64,000 bases of DNA from an uncultured Gemmatimonadaceae bacterium (GTDB lineage: Bacteria > Gemmatimonadota > Gemmatimonadetes > Gemmatimonadales > Gemmatimonadaceae): the NCBI GenBank assembly GCA_963781585.1, contig CAWAGQ010000004.1, positions 992,001 to 1,056,000 on the forward strand. Direction: 5' to 3'. The notes beneath the pieces were generated by a model, which saw nothing but the letters and a program-made list of their open reading frames with translations, ran no database searches and was not told where the DNA came from. Position 1 is the first letter of the stretch, and every line of letters starts with the position of its first letter. A program made the translations under genes and the position numbers. This document shows, piece by piece, positions 37,919 to 47,204 of this stretch.

Positions 37919-38403
37919 GACCCTTCTGCTCCTTTTTGCGGAGTCCTTTGGGTAGCAGCCGCTGCCTTGGCTGCTGAAAGATAGCCGGGTTCGAGCTCGA
38001 GAAGGTTGGCGATCTTCCGCGTGAGGTATTGCTCATGCTCGGCAATCTTCCCGTCGGCCAGAACCAGCCCCCACATCACCTCGGCCAGTACCATCTTCTG
38101 ACCAAGGTCATAGCGCTTCTGTAACATCGACGTGAAGTGAAAGTGGTCGATCGACTTCCGCCGTTCGGCGTCGGCGATTTCGATGAGGCGTCGGCCGGCT
38201 TCCGGCTCCAACCCGAAGTGGCGCTCCAGAACGGCGTCGAGATGGGCGCGTTCTGGGGCCGTGAACTCGCCATCCGCGTACGCCACTTCGAGCAGCAGCG
38301 CGCAGGCCGCCAGATGGAGAGGATCGACGTCGGGATCGGGGGACGCGGTCGGTGCGGCGTCCTTACGCGGGGCAATCAGGGATCGAATCTGGTCCAGGAT
38401 CAT
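37915..38403 (-). CDS. TerB-like (tellurite resistance family) protein
   Basis: ACALLLEVAYADGEF..E, MWGLVLADG..EHE..L.RKIANLL; GGAGG RBS. Confidence 0.88.
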   Translation of the reverse strand: MILDQIRSLIAPRKDAAPTASPDPDVDPLHLAACALLLEVAYADGEFTAPERAHLDAVLERHFGLEPEAGRRLIEIADAERRKSIDHFHFTSMLQKRYDLGQKMVLAEVMWGLVLADGKIAEHEQYLTRKIANLLELEPGYLSAAKAAAATQRTPQKGAEGS

Positions 38404-38496
38404 TCCTGCCTCCAGTCGTTTGGGAGCGGCGAGGAGAGAGGCCCGTGGCCGCCTGCCGGCAGCCGCGCGCGCCGCCTATCGCAAGGTACTGCACTG

Positions 38497-38510
38497 TGAC
38501 AAGGGTGTCA
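38497..38510. promoter_or_regulatory. Candidate operator TGACA-N4-TGTCA upstream of the aldolase operon
   Basis: Perfect 5-bp inverted repeat in the divergent intergenic region, about 80 nt before ATG 38591. Short, so may be chance. Confidence 0.3.
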
Positions 38511-38590
38511 GCACGCGAAGACATCGGTTGCCGCGCCCGCGTTACTCGTGCTTCTTTGTTGCCGCCTCGTCACTCGTCGGAGCGCACGCG

Positions 38591-39271
38591 ATGTCGCAAA
38601 CCGGGAAACCAGGATTCCGGATTCTCCCCGCCCCGCCGCGGCTGAGCACTGATGTGGTGGAGCGCTTTCGCGGCTTCGCGAGTTCCAATCTGGCCGATGC
38701 GATGGGGCGCTTCCGGTACATGGACCCGGGGATTCAGTCCCGGAGCGGCCGGTCGCTTTGCGGAATCGCCCTGACCGCCCTCTGCCGTCCAGCGGATAAC
38801 CTCATGGTCCACAAGGCGCTCGCGGTGGCCGCTCCGGGCGACGTCGTGGTAGTGAACACCGGCGGCAACCTCACGAGCGCGGTGTTCGGTGAGCTGATGT
38901 GTCACACCGCCATGGGAGCGCGGTTGGGCGGGATTGTGGTGGACGGCGCGATCCGGGACGTGGAGGGCATTACAGAGCTGGGCCTCCCGGCCTTCAGCCG
39001 AACCGTGAGTCCCGGAGGCTGCGACAAGGATGGACCCGGCGAGATCAACGTGCCCGTGTGCTGCGGCGGCACCGTCGTCTCCCCGGGCGACATCATCGTG
39101 GGCGACGGCGACGGAATCGCCGTGGTGCCACGCGAGCTCGCCATGGAGATCCTGGATCTCGTCGGCGCTCTGCAGGCGCGCGAGCGCGATCGGGTCGCGG
39201 AGATTCGCGCCGGCGCCCTGTTCCGGGCCGAGATCGACGAGACCTTGCGCCGCAAGGGCGCGATCGAATGA
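38591..39271 (+). CDS. RraA family / 4-hydroxy-4-methyl-2-oxoglutarate aldolase-like protein
   Basis: SNLADAM, ADNLMVHKAL, AVFGELM, VDGAIRD (catalytic Arg/Asp), GEINVPV, PGDIIVGDGDG. Confidence 0.9.
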   Translation: MSQTGKPGFRILPAPPRLSTDVVERFRGFASSNLADAMGRFRYMDPGIQSRSGRSLCGIALTALCRPADNLMVHKALAVAAPGDVVVVNTGGNLTSAVFGELMCHTAMGARLGGIVVDGAIRDVEGITELGLPAFSRTVSPGGCDKDGPGEINVPVCCGGTVVSPGDIIVGDGDGIAVVPRELAMEILDLVGALQARERDRVAEIRAGALFRAEIDETLRRKGAIE

Positions 39272-40422
39272 ACCCGGACCCCGCGTCCCTGGTGCTGATG
39301 ACACCGGGACCGACGCGCGTGCCCGAGCGCGTCCTGCGCGCCGGAGCCCGGCCCATGCTGCACCACCGCACGCCGGAGTTCTCACGGGAACTGGCCGCGG
39401 TCCTCGAGCTGCTCGCTCCGGTATTCGGCACCGCCGGGCGTGTGCTGCCGGTGCACACCACCGGTCGCGGTGCGATGGAAGCCACGATCTGCAACCTCTT
39501 CTCGCCCGGCGAGGAGATCGCAGTCTGCTGCAATGGCAAGTTCGGCGAGATGTGGGCGTCGTTCGCGGAATCGTACGGCCTCGTGGTGCATCGCTTCGCG
39601 CGAAGCTGGCACGAGGACATCGATCCTCTGGAGCTGGAGCACGCGTTCGACGAACATCGGCGCCTGAAGGCCCTGGCCCTGGCCTTCGGCGACACCTCCA
39701 CCGGCGTGTGCAATGACGTCGAGGCGGCCAGCCGCATCGCTCACGCCCGCGGCGTCCTGGTGCTCGTGGACGGCGTATCGTCGTTAGGCGGCATGCCGTT
39801 CGCTTTCGACGCCTGGGGTGTGGATGTCGCCATCACGGCTTCACAGAAGTGCCTGATGTCGGCGCCGGGACTGTCATTCGTCGCGGTCAGCGAGCGGGGC
39901 TGGGCGGCGGTCGCGCGGTCGCGACTCCCCCGCAACTACTGGGACTTCCGTGCGATTCGCGACGAGGTGTCCAAGCCGCGGCCGGAAACCCCCGGAACGA
40001 CGCCCGTGCACATCGTCCTGCAGGTGGCCGAGGCACTCCGGATGATGCACGAGGAGGGACTCGCCGCCGTCTTCGCGCGTCACGAGAGCATGGGCGCGCG
40101 CACCCGCGAAGGCGTGGCGGCTCTCGGACTCTCACTGCAGTGCGGCACCCTGCGGCGCCTGTCGCCCACGCTCACGGCGGTCGCGCTGCCGACCTCGATC
40201 GCGCCACGGGCCCTGCGTGACGCGATGAAGGAACGCGGCATTCTCACCGCTGCCGGACTGGGCCCGTTCGCCACCACGGCCTTCCGAATCGGCCACATGG
40301 GAGACATCCGCCTCGCCGACGTGGAACGGACGCTGGACGTCCTGGCACAGGTACTCCCTGCCACGCGTGAAGCGACAGCATCAGCCCCCGCGCCCGGCGC
40401 CCGCGGCGTGCCGGCCGAGTGA
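39268..40422 (+). CDS. Class V PLP aminotransferase (serine/alanine-glyoxylate type)
   Basis: MTPGPT, HHRTPEF, DTSTGV, VDGVSS, ASQKCL (PLP Lys), FRIGHMG. ATGA overlap. Confidence 0.93.
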   Translation: MNPDPASLVLMTPGPTRVPERVLRAGARPMLHHRTPEFSRELAAVLELLAPVFGTAGRVLPVHTTGRGAMEATICNLFSPGEEIAVCCNGKFGEMWASFAESYGLVVHRFARSWHEDIDPLELEHAFDEHRRLKALALAFGDTSTGVCNDVEAASRIAHARGVLVLVDGVSSLGGMPFAFDAWGVDVAITASQKCLMSAPGLSFVAVSERGWAAVARSRLPRNYWDFRAIRDEVSKPRPETPGTTPVHIVLQVAEALRMMHEEGLAAVFARHESMGARTREGVAALGLSLQCGTLRRLSPTLTAVALPTSIAPRALRDAMKERGILTAAGLGPFATTAFRIGHMGDIRLADVERTLDVLAQVLPATREATASAPAPGARGVPAE

Positions 40423-41672
40423 AGCTGCATACCAGCATCCTCCTTGGCCTGGTGGCCGGGGCCGCGGTGGGCGGCGCGGCTCGCCTTGCCGGGGCGCCGC
40501 TGCAGCGCGCGGTGTTGCTCGCCGAGCCGCTCGGCACGGCGTTCATTCGACTGGTTACGATGGTCGTGGTTCCGCTGGTCATCGCCAGCCTGTTCGTCGG
40601 AGTCGCTTCACTCGGGGATGTGCGCCGCCTGGGACAGATCGGCGGTCGCAGTCTGGGCTGGTTTCTCGCGACGACCGTGGCAGCCGCGACAATCGGCCTC
40701 GCTACGGCGCTGGTGCTTCATGTCGGTCGAAATGCGCCGGCTGTAGCGTTCGCCAGCCAGGCAGCCAACGGCGCAGACGCGCCCGATGGTGTGAGCGCAG
40801 CCGGACTTGGCAAGGCGCTGCTGGCTCTCATCCCGCAGAATCCGTTTGCCGCCGCGGCGCAGGCCGATCTGCTCCCACTGATCGTCGCGGTGTGCCTGTT
40901 CGCGGCCGCGGCAACCGCGATCGGCGAGGAGCGTCGTCGGCCGCTGCTGTCCTTCTTCGAGAGCGTGAACGACGTGGCGATGGTGCTGATTCGCTGGCTG
41001 ATGGCACTCGCGCCGGCCGCAGTCCTGGTACTCATCGCCGCGACGGTCGCACGGTCGGGGCTGGCGATGCTGCGGAGTCTGTTGTGGTACGCGGTCGTGG
41101 TCGTTATCGCGTTAGGCATTCACGTCGGCGCGGTACTGCTGCCGCTGCTGCGGGCGCGCGCCGGGCTGGGGGTGGGCGGGTTCCTGCGTGCCGTGGGCGA
41201 TGCGCTGCTGCTTGCCCTGTCGACCGCCTCGTCGAGCGCGACCCTGCCGGTGAGCATGGCCGCGGCGCGGGACCGCCTTGGCATTCCCAACGAAGTGGCG
41301 AGTTTTCTGCTTCCCGCGGGTACGACCCTGAACAAGAACGGGGCCGCGGTTTACAAGGCCGTCACCGCGGTGTTCCTGGCGCAGGTCTACGGCCTTCACC
41401 TCGACCCGGTGCGGCTCGGCGTCATTCTGATCACCGCCTCCGTGGCCGCCTTTGCCGGGGCCGGCGTACCTGGAAGCTCCCTCGTCACGACCCTCATCGT
41501 GCTCAACGCGATCGGACTCGGTCCACGCGCGGCGGCCGGCATCGCGTTGGTCACGGGCATCGACCGGCCGCTCGACATGTGTCGCACCACCGTCAACACG
41601 CTCGGCAACCTGGTTGGTGCCGCGGTTGTCGCCCGCCGCCACCAGGGCACACCCGAGTCCGGGCGGAGGTGA
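40419..41672 (+). CDS. Dicarboxylate/amino acid:cation symporter (DAACS)
   Basis: LIPQNPF, STASSSATLP, GTTLNKNG, AGVPG, DRPLDMCRTTVN. GTGA overlap. Confidence 0.93.
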   Translation: MKLHTSILLGLVAGAAVGGAARLAGAPLQRAVLLAEPLGTAFIRLVTMVVVPLVIASLFVGVASLGDVRRLGQIGGRSLGWFLATTVAAATIGLATALVLHVGRNAPAVAFASQAANGADAPDGVSAAGLGKALLALIPQNPFAAAAQADLLPLIVAVCLFAAAATAIGEERRRPLLSFFESVNDVAMVLIRWLMALAPAAVLVLIAATVARSGLAMLRSLLWYAVVVVIALGIHVGAVLLPLLRARAGLGVGGFLRAVGDALLLALSTASSSATLPVSMAAARDRLGIPNEVASFLLPAGTTLNKNGAAVYKAVTAVFLAQVYGLHLDPVRLGVILITASVAAFAGAGVPGSSLVTTLIVLNAIGLGPRAAAGIALVTGIDRPLDMCRTTVNTLGNLVGAAVVARRHQGTPESGRR

Positions 41673-41676
41673 ACGA

Positions 41677-42945
41677 GTGGTATCGGCCAAGACGATTTCC
41701 GAGAAGATCCTTTCGATCAAGTCTGGCTCCGACGCGCGGGCTGGCGACGTGGTGGTCTGTGTGACCGATCAGGTCATCGGCACCGACGCCTCCGCACCGA
41801 TGGCGATCGACTACTTCGAGCAGATGGATGGTGACCGCCTGTTCGACGCCTCGCGGGTGATGTTCGCGCTCGACCATTACGCACCGCCGACGTCGCCGGT
41901 CACCGCGTCGTACCATGCCCGGGTCCGGGAATTTGCCGCCCGGTTCGGTGCCGAGGTGCGTGAGGTGGGCGAGGGCATCAGTCATCAGGTCGCCGCCGAA
42001 AGCGGGCGGGCGCTCCCGGGCAACCTGATCGTGGGTGCCGACAGCCACACGGTGGGATGTGGGGCGCTCAACCTCTTCGCAACAGGTGTCGGCTCCTCCG
42101 ATCTGGCGGCCGCCATGCTCACCGGGCAGATCTGGTTGCGGGTGCCGGACTCGGTCCGGGTCGTGCTGTCAGGACGGCGTGGGCCCGGCGTGGCCGCCAA
42201 GGACGTGGGCCTCGCGCTCATTGCCGCACTCGGCGCCGACGGTGCCAACTACCGGGCGCTGGAATTCCATGGCGAGGCGTTAGGCGGCTTCACGCTCGAA
42301 GAACGGGTCGTGCTGTGCAATCTCGCGGTGGAGACCGGCGCCAAGGCGGCCATCTGCCCCGTGGATCAGGAGACGCACGAGTACCTCGCCGGCCGGACGA
42401 CCGATCTCGGCCGCCCGGTGCACGCCGACGCCGGCGCCCGGTATGTCCGCGAAGTCACCCTCGACGTGTCGAACGTGGCACCGCAGCTGGCGGTCCCACA
42501 TGCACCGGACCGGGTGGTACCGCTGGACGCAGCCGCTGGAACGCCGGTGCACATGGTGTTCATCGGGACCTGTACCGGCGGCCGCGTGGCCGACATTCAC
42601 GATGCGCTGCGGGTGCTCGAGCGCGGTGGCGGACGCCTCGCGCCCAACGTCCAGCTCGTCGTAACGCCGGCCTCGCGCGAAGTCTTCCTCCGCCTCATCG
42701 AGGATGGCTCGCTCGGCCGACTCGCGGCGCTTGGCGCGGTCATTACCACGCCCGGCTGCGGCGCCTGCTGCGGCACCAGCGGCGTGGTCCCGGCCGATGA
42801 CATGGTCGTGCTGTCGACCGCCAATCGCAATTTCCGGGGTCGGATGGGGAATTCCTCGGCCGCCATCTATCTCGCGTCCCCGGCCGCGTGCGCCGCTGCC
42901 GCCGTCACGGGGCGGATCACCGATCCGCGTACCGTACACGTCTGA
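41677..42945 (+). CDS. Aconitase-family hydro-lyase large subunit (LeuC/HacA-like)
   Basis: KTISEKIL, DH, GISHQ, GADSHT, three [4Fe-4S] Cys in GTCTGGR and GCGAC, STANRNF.GRMG, YLASP; GGAGG RBS. Confidence 0.92.
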   Translation: MVSAKTISEKILSIKSGSDARAGDVVVCVTDQVIGTDASAPMAIDYFEQMDGDRLFDASRVMFALDHYAPPTSPVTASYHARVREFAARFGAEVREVGEGISHQVAAESGRALPGNLIVGADSHTVGCGALNLFATGVGSSDLAAAMLTGQIWLRVPDSVRVVLSGRRGPGVAAKDVGLALIAALGADGANYRALEFHGEALGGFTLEERVVLCNLAVETGAKAAICPVDQETHEYLAGRTTDLGRPVHADAGARYVREVTLDVSNVAPQLAVPHAPDRVVPLDAAAGTPVHMVFIGTCTGGRVADIHDALRVLERGGGRLAPNVQLVVTPASREVFLRLIEDGSLGRLAALGAVITTPGCGACCGTSGVVPADDMVVLSTANRNFRGRMGNSSAAIYLASPAACAAAAVTGRITDPRTVHV

Positions 42946-42946
42946 G

Positions 42947-43498
42947 ATGGCCACGCATCTGCGGGCGCGCGCTCGCGTGTTGGGCGACAACGTCAACAGT
43001 GATTACATCATCGCGTCCACGCGGAAGCGCGATTCCCTCGATACGGAGGTCCTCAAGCAGTACCTGCTCGAAGCGGTGGACCCTTCCTTCGCGCAGTCCG
43101 TTCGCGCGGGCGACGTCCTGGTCGCCGGCGAAAACTTCGGCTGCGGTTCGGCAATGGAGGTCGCCGCGACCGTCATTCTGGCTGCGGGAATTCGCGTGGT
43201 CCTGGCACGAAGCTTTGCTCGCGCCTTCTTCCGCAACGCCGTCAATAACGGGCTGGTGCCACTCGAGTGCGACACCGCCGGCATCGCCGAAGGCGACCGC
43301 CTGACGATTGATCTGATGGGCGGAGATGCGCGGGTCACCAATCTCACACGCAACCTGGCGATCGAGGCGGCCAGTCTTCCCGCCATTGCACTTCGGATCC
43401 TCGATGCCGGCGGGCTGGTGGCGTTCCTGCGTGCGCAACCGGGACACTCGTTCACCGCATCCACCACCGGCGAGCATCCGCGGCGGACGCCGGACTGA
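42947..43498 (+). CDS. Aconitase-family hydro-lyase small subunit (LeuD/HacB-like)
   Basis: GDNVNSDYII, GENFGCGSAME, SFARAFFRNAVNNG, ILDAGGL. Confidence 0.9.
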   Translation: MATHLRARARVLGDNVNSDYIIASTRKRDSLDTEVLKQYLLEAVDPSFAQSVRAGDVLVAGENFGCGSAMEVAATVILAAGIRVVLARSFARAFFRNAVNNGLVPLECDTAGIAEGDRLTIDLMGGDARVTNLTRNLAIEAASLPAIALRILDAGGLVAFLRAQPGHSFTASTTGEHPRRTPD

Positions 43499-43649
43499 TC
43501 CTGCGATTCGCGCCAGGGCCAGGTCGCCGTTTCAAGGGCAGCGCCGGACTCGTGGCAGGAATTCGGCGAGCGCCTCTCTCCCAGCGATGGCCTCCCGGAC
43601 GTGCCGCCAACCGGTGCCCGCACCAGGCGCTGACCCACGCCGGCGAACT

Positions 43650-45104
43650 CTACGCCGAGCGATGCCCTTCCTGTCCGGACGCGGCCTTCATGTCGTAGAG
43701 CATCAGATCTGCGGTGGACAGGAGCGCCTCGGCGGTCGCCCCGTCGCGAGGGTAGACGGCGTAGCCAGCGCTCACGGTCACGCGGGGAGACTGGCCATCG
43801 CTCTCCAGGGCGGCCGCGATTCGGGCTGTCACGTGGTACGCGGCATTATCATCAGCCTCCGGCAGCACCAGCGCGAACTCATCGCCCCCGTAGCGCGCCG
43901 CGGTGTCGATCGTGCGACACGTTGTCCGCATCGCATCGGCTACCCGGCACAGCGCCTTGCTGCCTGTCAGATGGCCGTGACGATCGTTGATGTCCTTGAG
44001 GCGATCCAGATCGAGGAGCAGGACCGCGAAGGACCGCTTCGTTCGCGCCGACCGCTGAATCTCCTGCTCCAGCACGTCCAGCAGCTGGCGATAGTTCGAC
44101 AGCCCGGTGAGCGCGTCGGTTACCGCCAGTCGTCGCAATTGCCCTTCCACGCTCTCCCGCTCGGCGACCACGCTGGCGAGCACCAGGCTGGTCAGCGCAT
44201 TCACGCCGGTAAAGACCTGAAGCAGCACCAGACTCTCGTTGAGCGTGCCGGTGACGAACGGGCCGCGACCGTGCACCGTCCCCCAGGTGGCGATCCCGGA
44301 GACGACCAGCACCGCGGTGGCAGCCTCGCGGCGTCCGAACCGATATGCCGCCCAAAGCAGCAGGGGCATGCACAGGAATTCGAGGGGGAAACTCGAACCC
44401 TGGTCGCCAGGGAGTCCGCCAAACACAAAGAGCGCGACCGCGGCAAGGGAGACCAGCAGGGCGAGCGCCTCGAGCCACTGGTATACGGTCCACTGCACTC
44501 GAGGACGGGCGAGCCACAGGAGCAGAAGCGGCGCGATGACGATGTCTCCGCCTGCGTCACCCAGCCACCAGGTGGTCCAGATGGACCAGAATTCGTGCCA
44601 TTGTGCAAGTCCGCCGAGGGCGAGCGTCGTCACGCCCACGGTGGCGCTCACCATCGTGCTCGCTATCGCCGCGTAGAACACGAGCCTGACGATGTACGAC
44701 GCCCGTTCAACCGCGTGTCGCCCACCCGCGAATCGCTGGAGGAGCGCCGCACCAACCAGGGCCTCGAGCGTGTTTCCGGTCGCGATTCCAAGCGACGTCG
44801 CCACGCCTCCGGCAGTCAGCAGGCTGGCGATGAATGCGCCCAGAAACACGCCCGGCCAGGGACGCGGACCGAAATAGAGCAGGGCCGCGAGCGCGATGCC
44901 GGAGGCTGGCCAGACCGCGGTCGCACTGGCATTGACCACGGCAAACTGCAGGCCGAAGCGTGCCGCGACGAAATACACGAGCGCCAGCGCCATGCAGGCC
45001 GCCAGAAGTTGGTGCGCACGCCACAGCCGGGGGCCGGCGGGGGGCGCGTTCGTGTCACCAAGCGTGCTATTCTCGCCTGCGGGAGCGGCCAAGGATGTCG
45101 CCAT
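43650..45104 (-). CDS. MASE1-domain diguanylate cyclase
   Basis: MASE1 (VWPASG, WWLGD), DALTGL, KDINDRHGH, RTID (RxxD I-site) then RYGGDEF. Confidence 0.95.
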   Translation of the reverse strand: MATSLAAPAGENSTLGDTNAPPAGPRLWRAHQLLAACMALALVYFVAARFGLQFAVVNASATAVWPASGIALAALLYFGPRPWPGVFLGAFIASLLTAGGVATSLGIATGNTLEALVGAALLQRFAGGRHAVERASYIVRLVFYAAIASTMVSATVGVTTLALGGLAQWHEFWSIWTTWWLGDAGGDIVIAPLLLLWLARPRVQWTVYQWLEALALLVSLAAVALFVFGGLPGDQGSSFPLEFLCMPLLLWAAYRFGRREAATAVLVVSGIATWGTVHGRGPFVTGTLNESLVLLQVFTGVNALTSLVLASVVAERESVEGQLRRLAVTDALTGLSNYRQLLDVLEQEIQRSARTKRSFAVLLLDLDRLKDINDRHGHLTGSKALCRVADAMRTTCRTIDTAARYGGDEFALVLPEADDNAAYHVTARIAAALESDGQSPRVTVSAGYAVYPRDGATAEALLSTADLMLYDMKAASGQEGHRSA

Positions 45105-45428
45105 GCGTGATTAGAATGCTCGATCGACCGATTGGGTCGGGGCCGTGACCGGCACCACAAGACTCCCGGTCACTGGATCCGATTCGACCATTGACCAAAC
45201 AAAGTCGGGGGCAGTTCCTGCCTCACTATCCCCTCGAAAACGGGCCGTGCCCGTCGTACCGATTCGTCACGAAGAATAATGCGACGGTCGTCGCGAGACC
45301 GCAGTCAGGCGTTCCGGGCATCGCTGCCGCACTGTGCCCATCGGCGCATGTCGGCGAGCTGGCGATCGATGTCCTCCGGCATGCCAGGATGCACGGCGAT
45401 CGCGGCCCCCCGCACCCGGGCGGTGCAG

Positions 45429-47195
45429 TTATCGGGGCGCCGTGTCGTCCCGCGCCGGCCGCTCCGGCGCCAGGCGTTCCGGAGTCAGCGCCTCAGGAAG
45501 CTCCTCCGGCGCAATCACACCCCGCCCAACCAGCTCCAATGCGCGATTCCGCATCGGGACCAGCCCCGCCGCCAGCGCCGCATCGCGCAACTCGTTGAGG
45601 GCAAGCCGGCGCGCGATGGCGCGACGCACCGCCGAGGTCGCGTCGAGGTACTCGACCAGCGCGATCCGGCCGTGACTCCCGACCCCGCCGCATCGGCTGC
45701 ACCCGGTTCCGCGGAATGCGGTGAACCCGGGCGGCACACCGTCCGGGAAGATCTCGCCTAACAAGTCTGCGTCCGCAGTGTGCGGCGCCCGACAGCCGTC
45801 GCAGATTCGCTTGGCCAGCCGCTGCGCGAACACGGCAGCCAACTCGCTCGCGATCGAATTGGGATGCATGCCCAAGTCCAGCAGGCGCTGCACGGCGTCG
45901 ATCGCGTCATTGCCGTGGAGCGTAGAGAGGACCAGGTGTCCGGTCTGCGACGCCCGCAGCGCCTCGAGTGCCGTTTCCCCGTCCCGGATCTCGCCCACCA
46001 GAATGACGTCAGGATCCTCCCGCACGAAGGCGCGCATGGCGTTGGCGAACGTGAACCCGACTTCGGGCAGCACCTGCGATTGCTGTACGCCGTCGATCGC
46101 ATACTCGATCGGATCCTCGACCGTGATCACCTTGCGTGTGGTCTCCCCTGCCAGCACCTGCAGGCCCGCATAGAGCGTTGTCGATTTGCCCGATCCGGTC
46201 GGACCCACCACCAGCACCAGTCCTCCCGGGCTGTCGAGCAGACGCCGGTACGCGCGTGCCAGATCCTCCGGGAAACCGAGGTCCGGGATGGAAAGGAGGT
46301 TCGTATCCTGCGCCAGCAGGCGCAGCACCAGGTGCTCTCCGTGCAGCGACGGCTGGGTCTGCGCGCGCACGTCGAACTGCCGATCTCCCATGCGGACGCT
46401 GAAGCGGCCTCCCTGAGGCGCGCGGTGCTCGGCGAGATCCATCCTGGCGCGCACCTTCGCGACGCTGACGACCGAGACCGCCTGCGCAACGGTGAGCCGG
46501 TAGTGCGCCAGGTCGCGAAGATCGCCGTCGACGCGGATGCGTACCCGAACCTGCTCGCCGTAGACTTCAAGGTGTACGTCGCTGGCGCGCTCGGCGATGG
46601 CATCGAGCAGAATGGCCTGGAACAGCTCCTGAATTGGTGCCGAGAGGTGATGGTCTGCCGCGAGGAGGTTCGGCGTGGAGACCGACGCGGCCTGATCCCC
46701 GCGGGAATCGACCGGCATGGCGAGGTCGAGCGAGAGCCGGAGGCGACGATAGTCGGTGGGCGTGATGAGGACGATCTCGATCTCGCGCAGGCCGACCGCC
46801 GACGCCAGTTCGGGAGGGAACGCTTCCGGCTCCGACGATGCGACGATCAGGCGCCCGGCCGCGATAGCCAACGGCACCAGATGGTGGTATTCCCGAAACT
46901 GGCGGGAGATGCGTGCGACGACCTCACGATCGACGATCGGCAGCAGGTCGGCGACATCGGCAAAGCGCAGCTCGTGCAGGATCGCGAGCTGCTGATACAC
47001 GTCGCGCTCCTCGGCCATCCCCTGTTCCGTGAGGATCTCACCGATGCGGCGGCGCACACGCCGAGCGAGCGCGGCCGCCTGCTCGACGTCCTCACGCGAC
47101 GCAATGCCCGCCTCGACAATCAGGTCGCCCAGACGCCTGTCGAGCCGCTTCTGCCTCAGCGCGATCGTCTTCTCAGGCGCCTGGTCGGCGGACAT
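45429..47195 (-). CDS. GspE/PilB family secretion ATPase with N-terminal MshEN motif
   Basis: RLGDLIVEAG and RIGEILTEQG, ASDVHLE, GPTGSGKSTT, EDPIE, DPDVILVGEIRD, TGHLVLSTLH, CxxC...CxxC. Confidence 0.93.
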   Translation of the reverse strand: MSADQAPEKTIALRQKRLDRRLGDLIVEAGIASREDVEQAAALARRVRRRIGEILTEQGMAEERDVYQQLAILHELRFADVADLLPIVDREVVARISRQFREYHHLVPLAIAAGRLIVASSEPEAFPPELASAVGLREIEIVLITPTDYRRLRLSLDLAMPVDSRGDQAASVSTPNLLAADHHLSAPIQELFQAILLDAIAERASDVHLEVYGEQVRVRIRVDGDLRDLAHYRLTVAQAVSVVSVAKVRARMDLAEHRAPQGGRFSVRMGDRQFDVRAQTQPSLHGEHLVLRLLAQDTNLLSIPDLGFPEDLARAYRRLLDSPGGLVLVVGPTGSGKSTTLYAGLQVLAGETTRKVITVEDPIEYAIDGVQQSQVLPEVGFTFANAMRAFVREDPDVILVGEIRDGETALEALRASQTGHLVLSTLHGNDAIDAVQRLLDLGMHPNSIASELAAVFAQRLAKRICDGCRAPHTADADLLGEIFPDGVPPGFTAFRGTGCSRCGGVGSHGRIALVEYLDATSAVRRAIARRLALNELRDAALAAGLVPMRNRALELVGRGVIAPEELPEALTPERLAPERPARDDTAPR

Positions 47196-47204
47196 GACGC
47201 TGCG

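Noticed and set aside
41677..43498. Calling these genes leuC and leuD
   Set aside because: Divergent specificity motifs and a catabolic context without leuA/leuB; symbols withheld.
45105..45428. c-di-GMP riboswitch upstream of the diguanylate cyclase
   Set aside because: No GGCAAA/GACGCAAAG-type core seen; only an 8-bp stem at 45145-45173.
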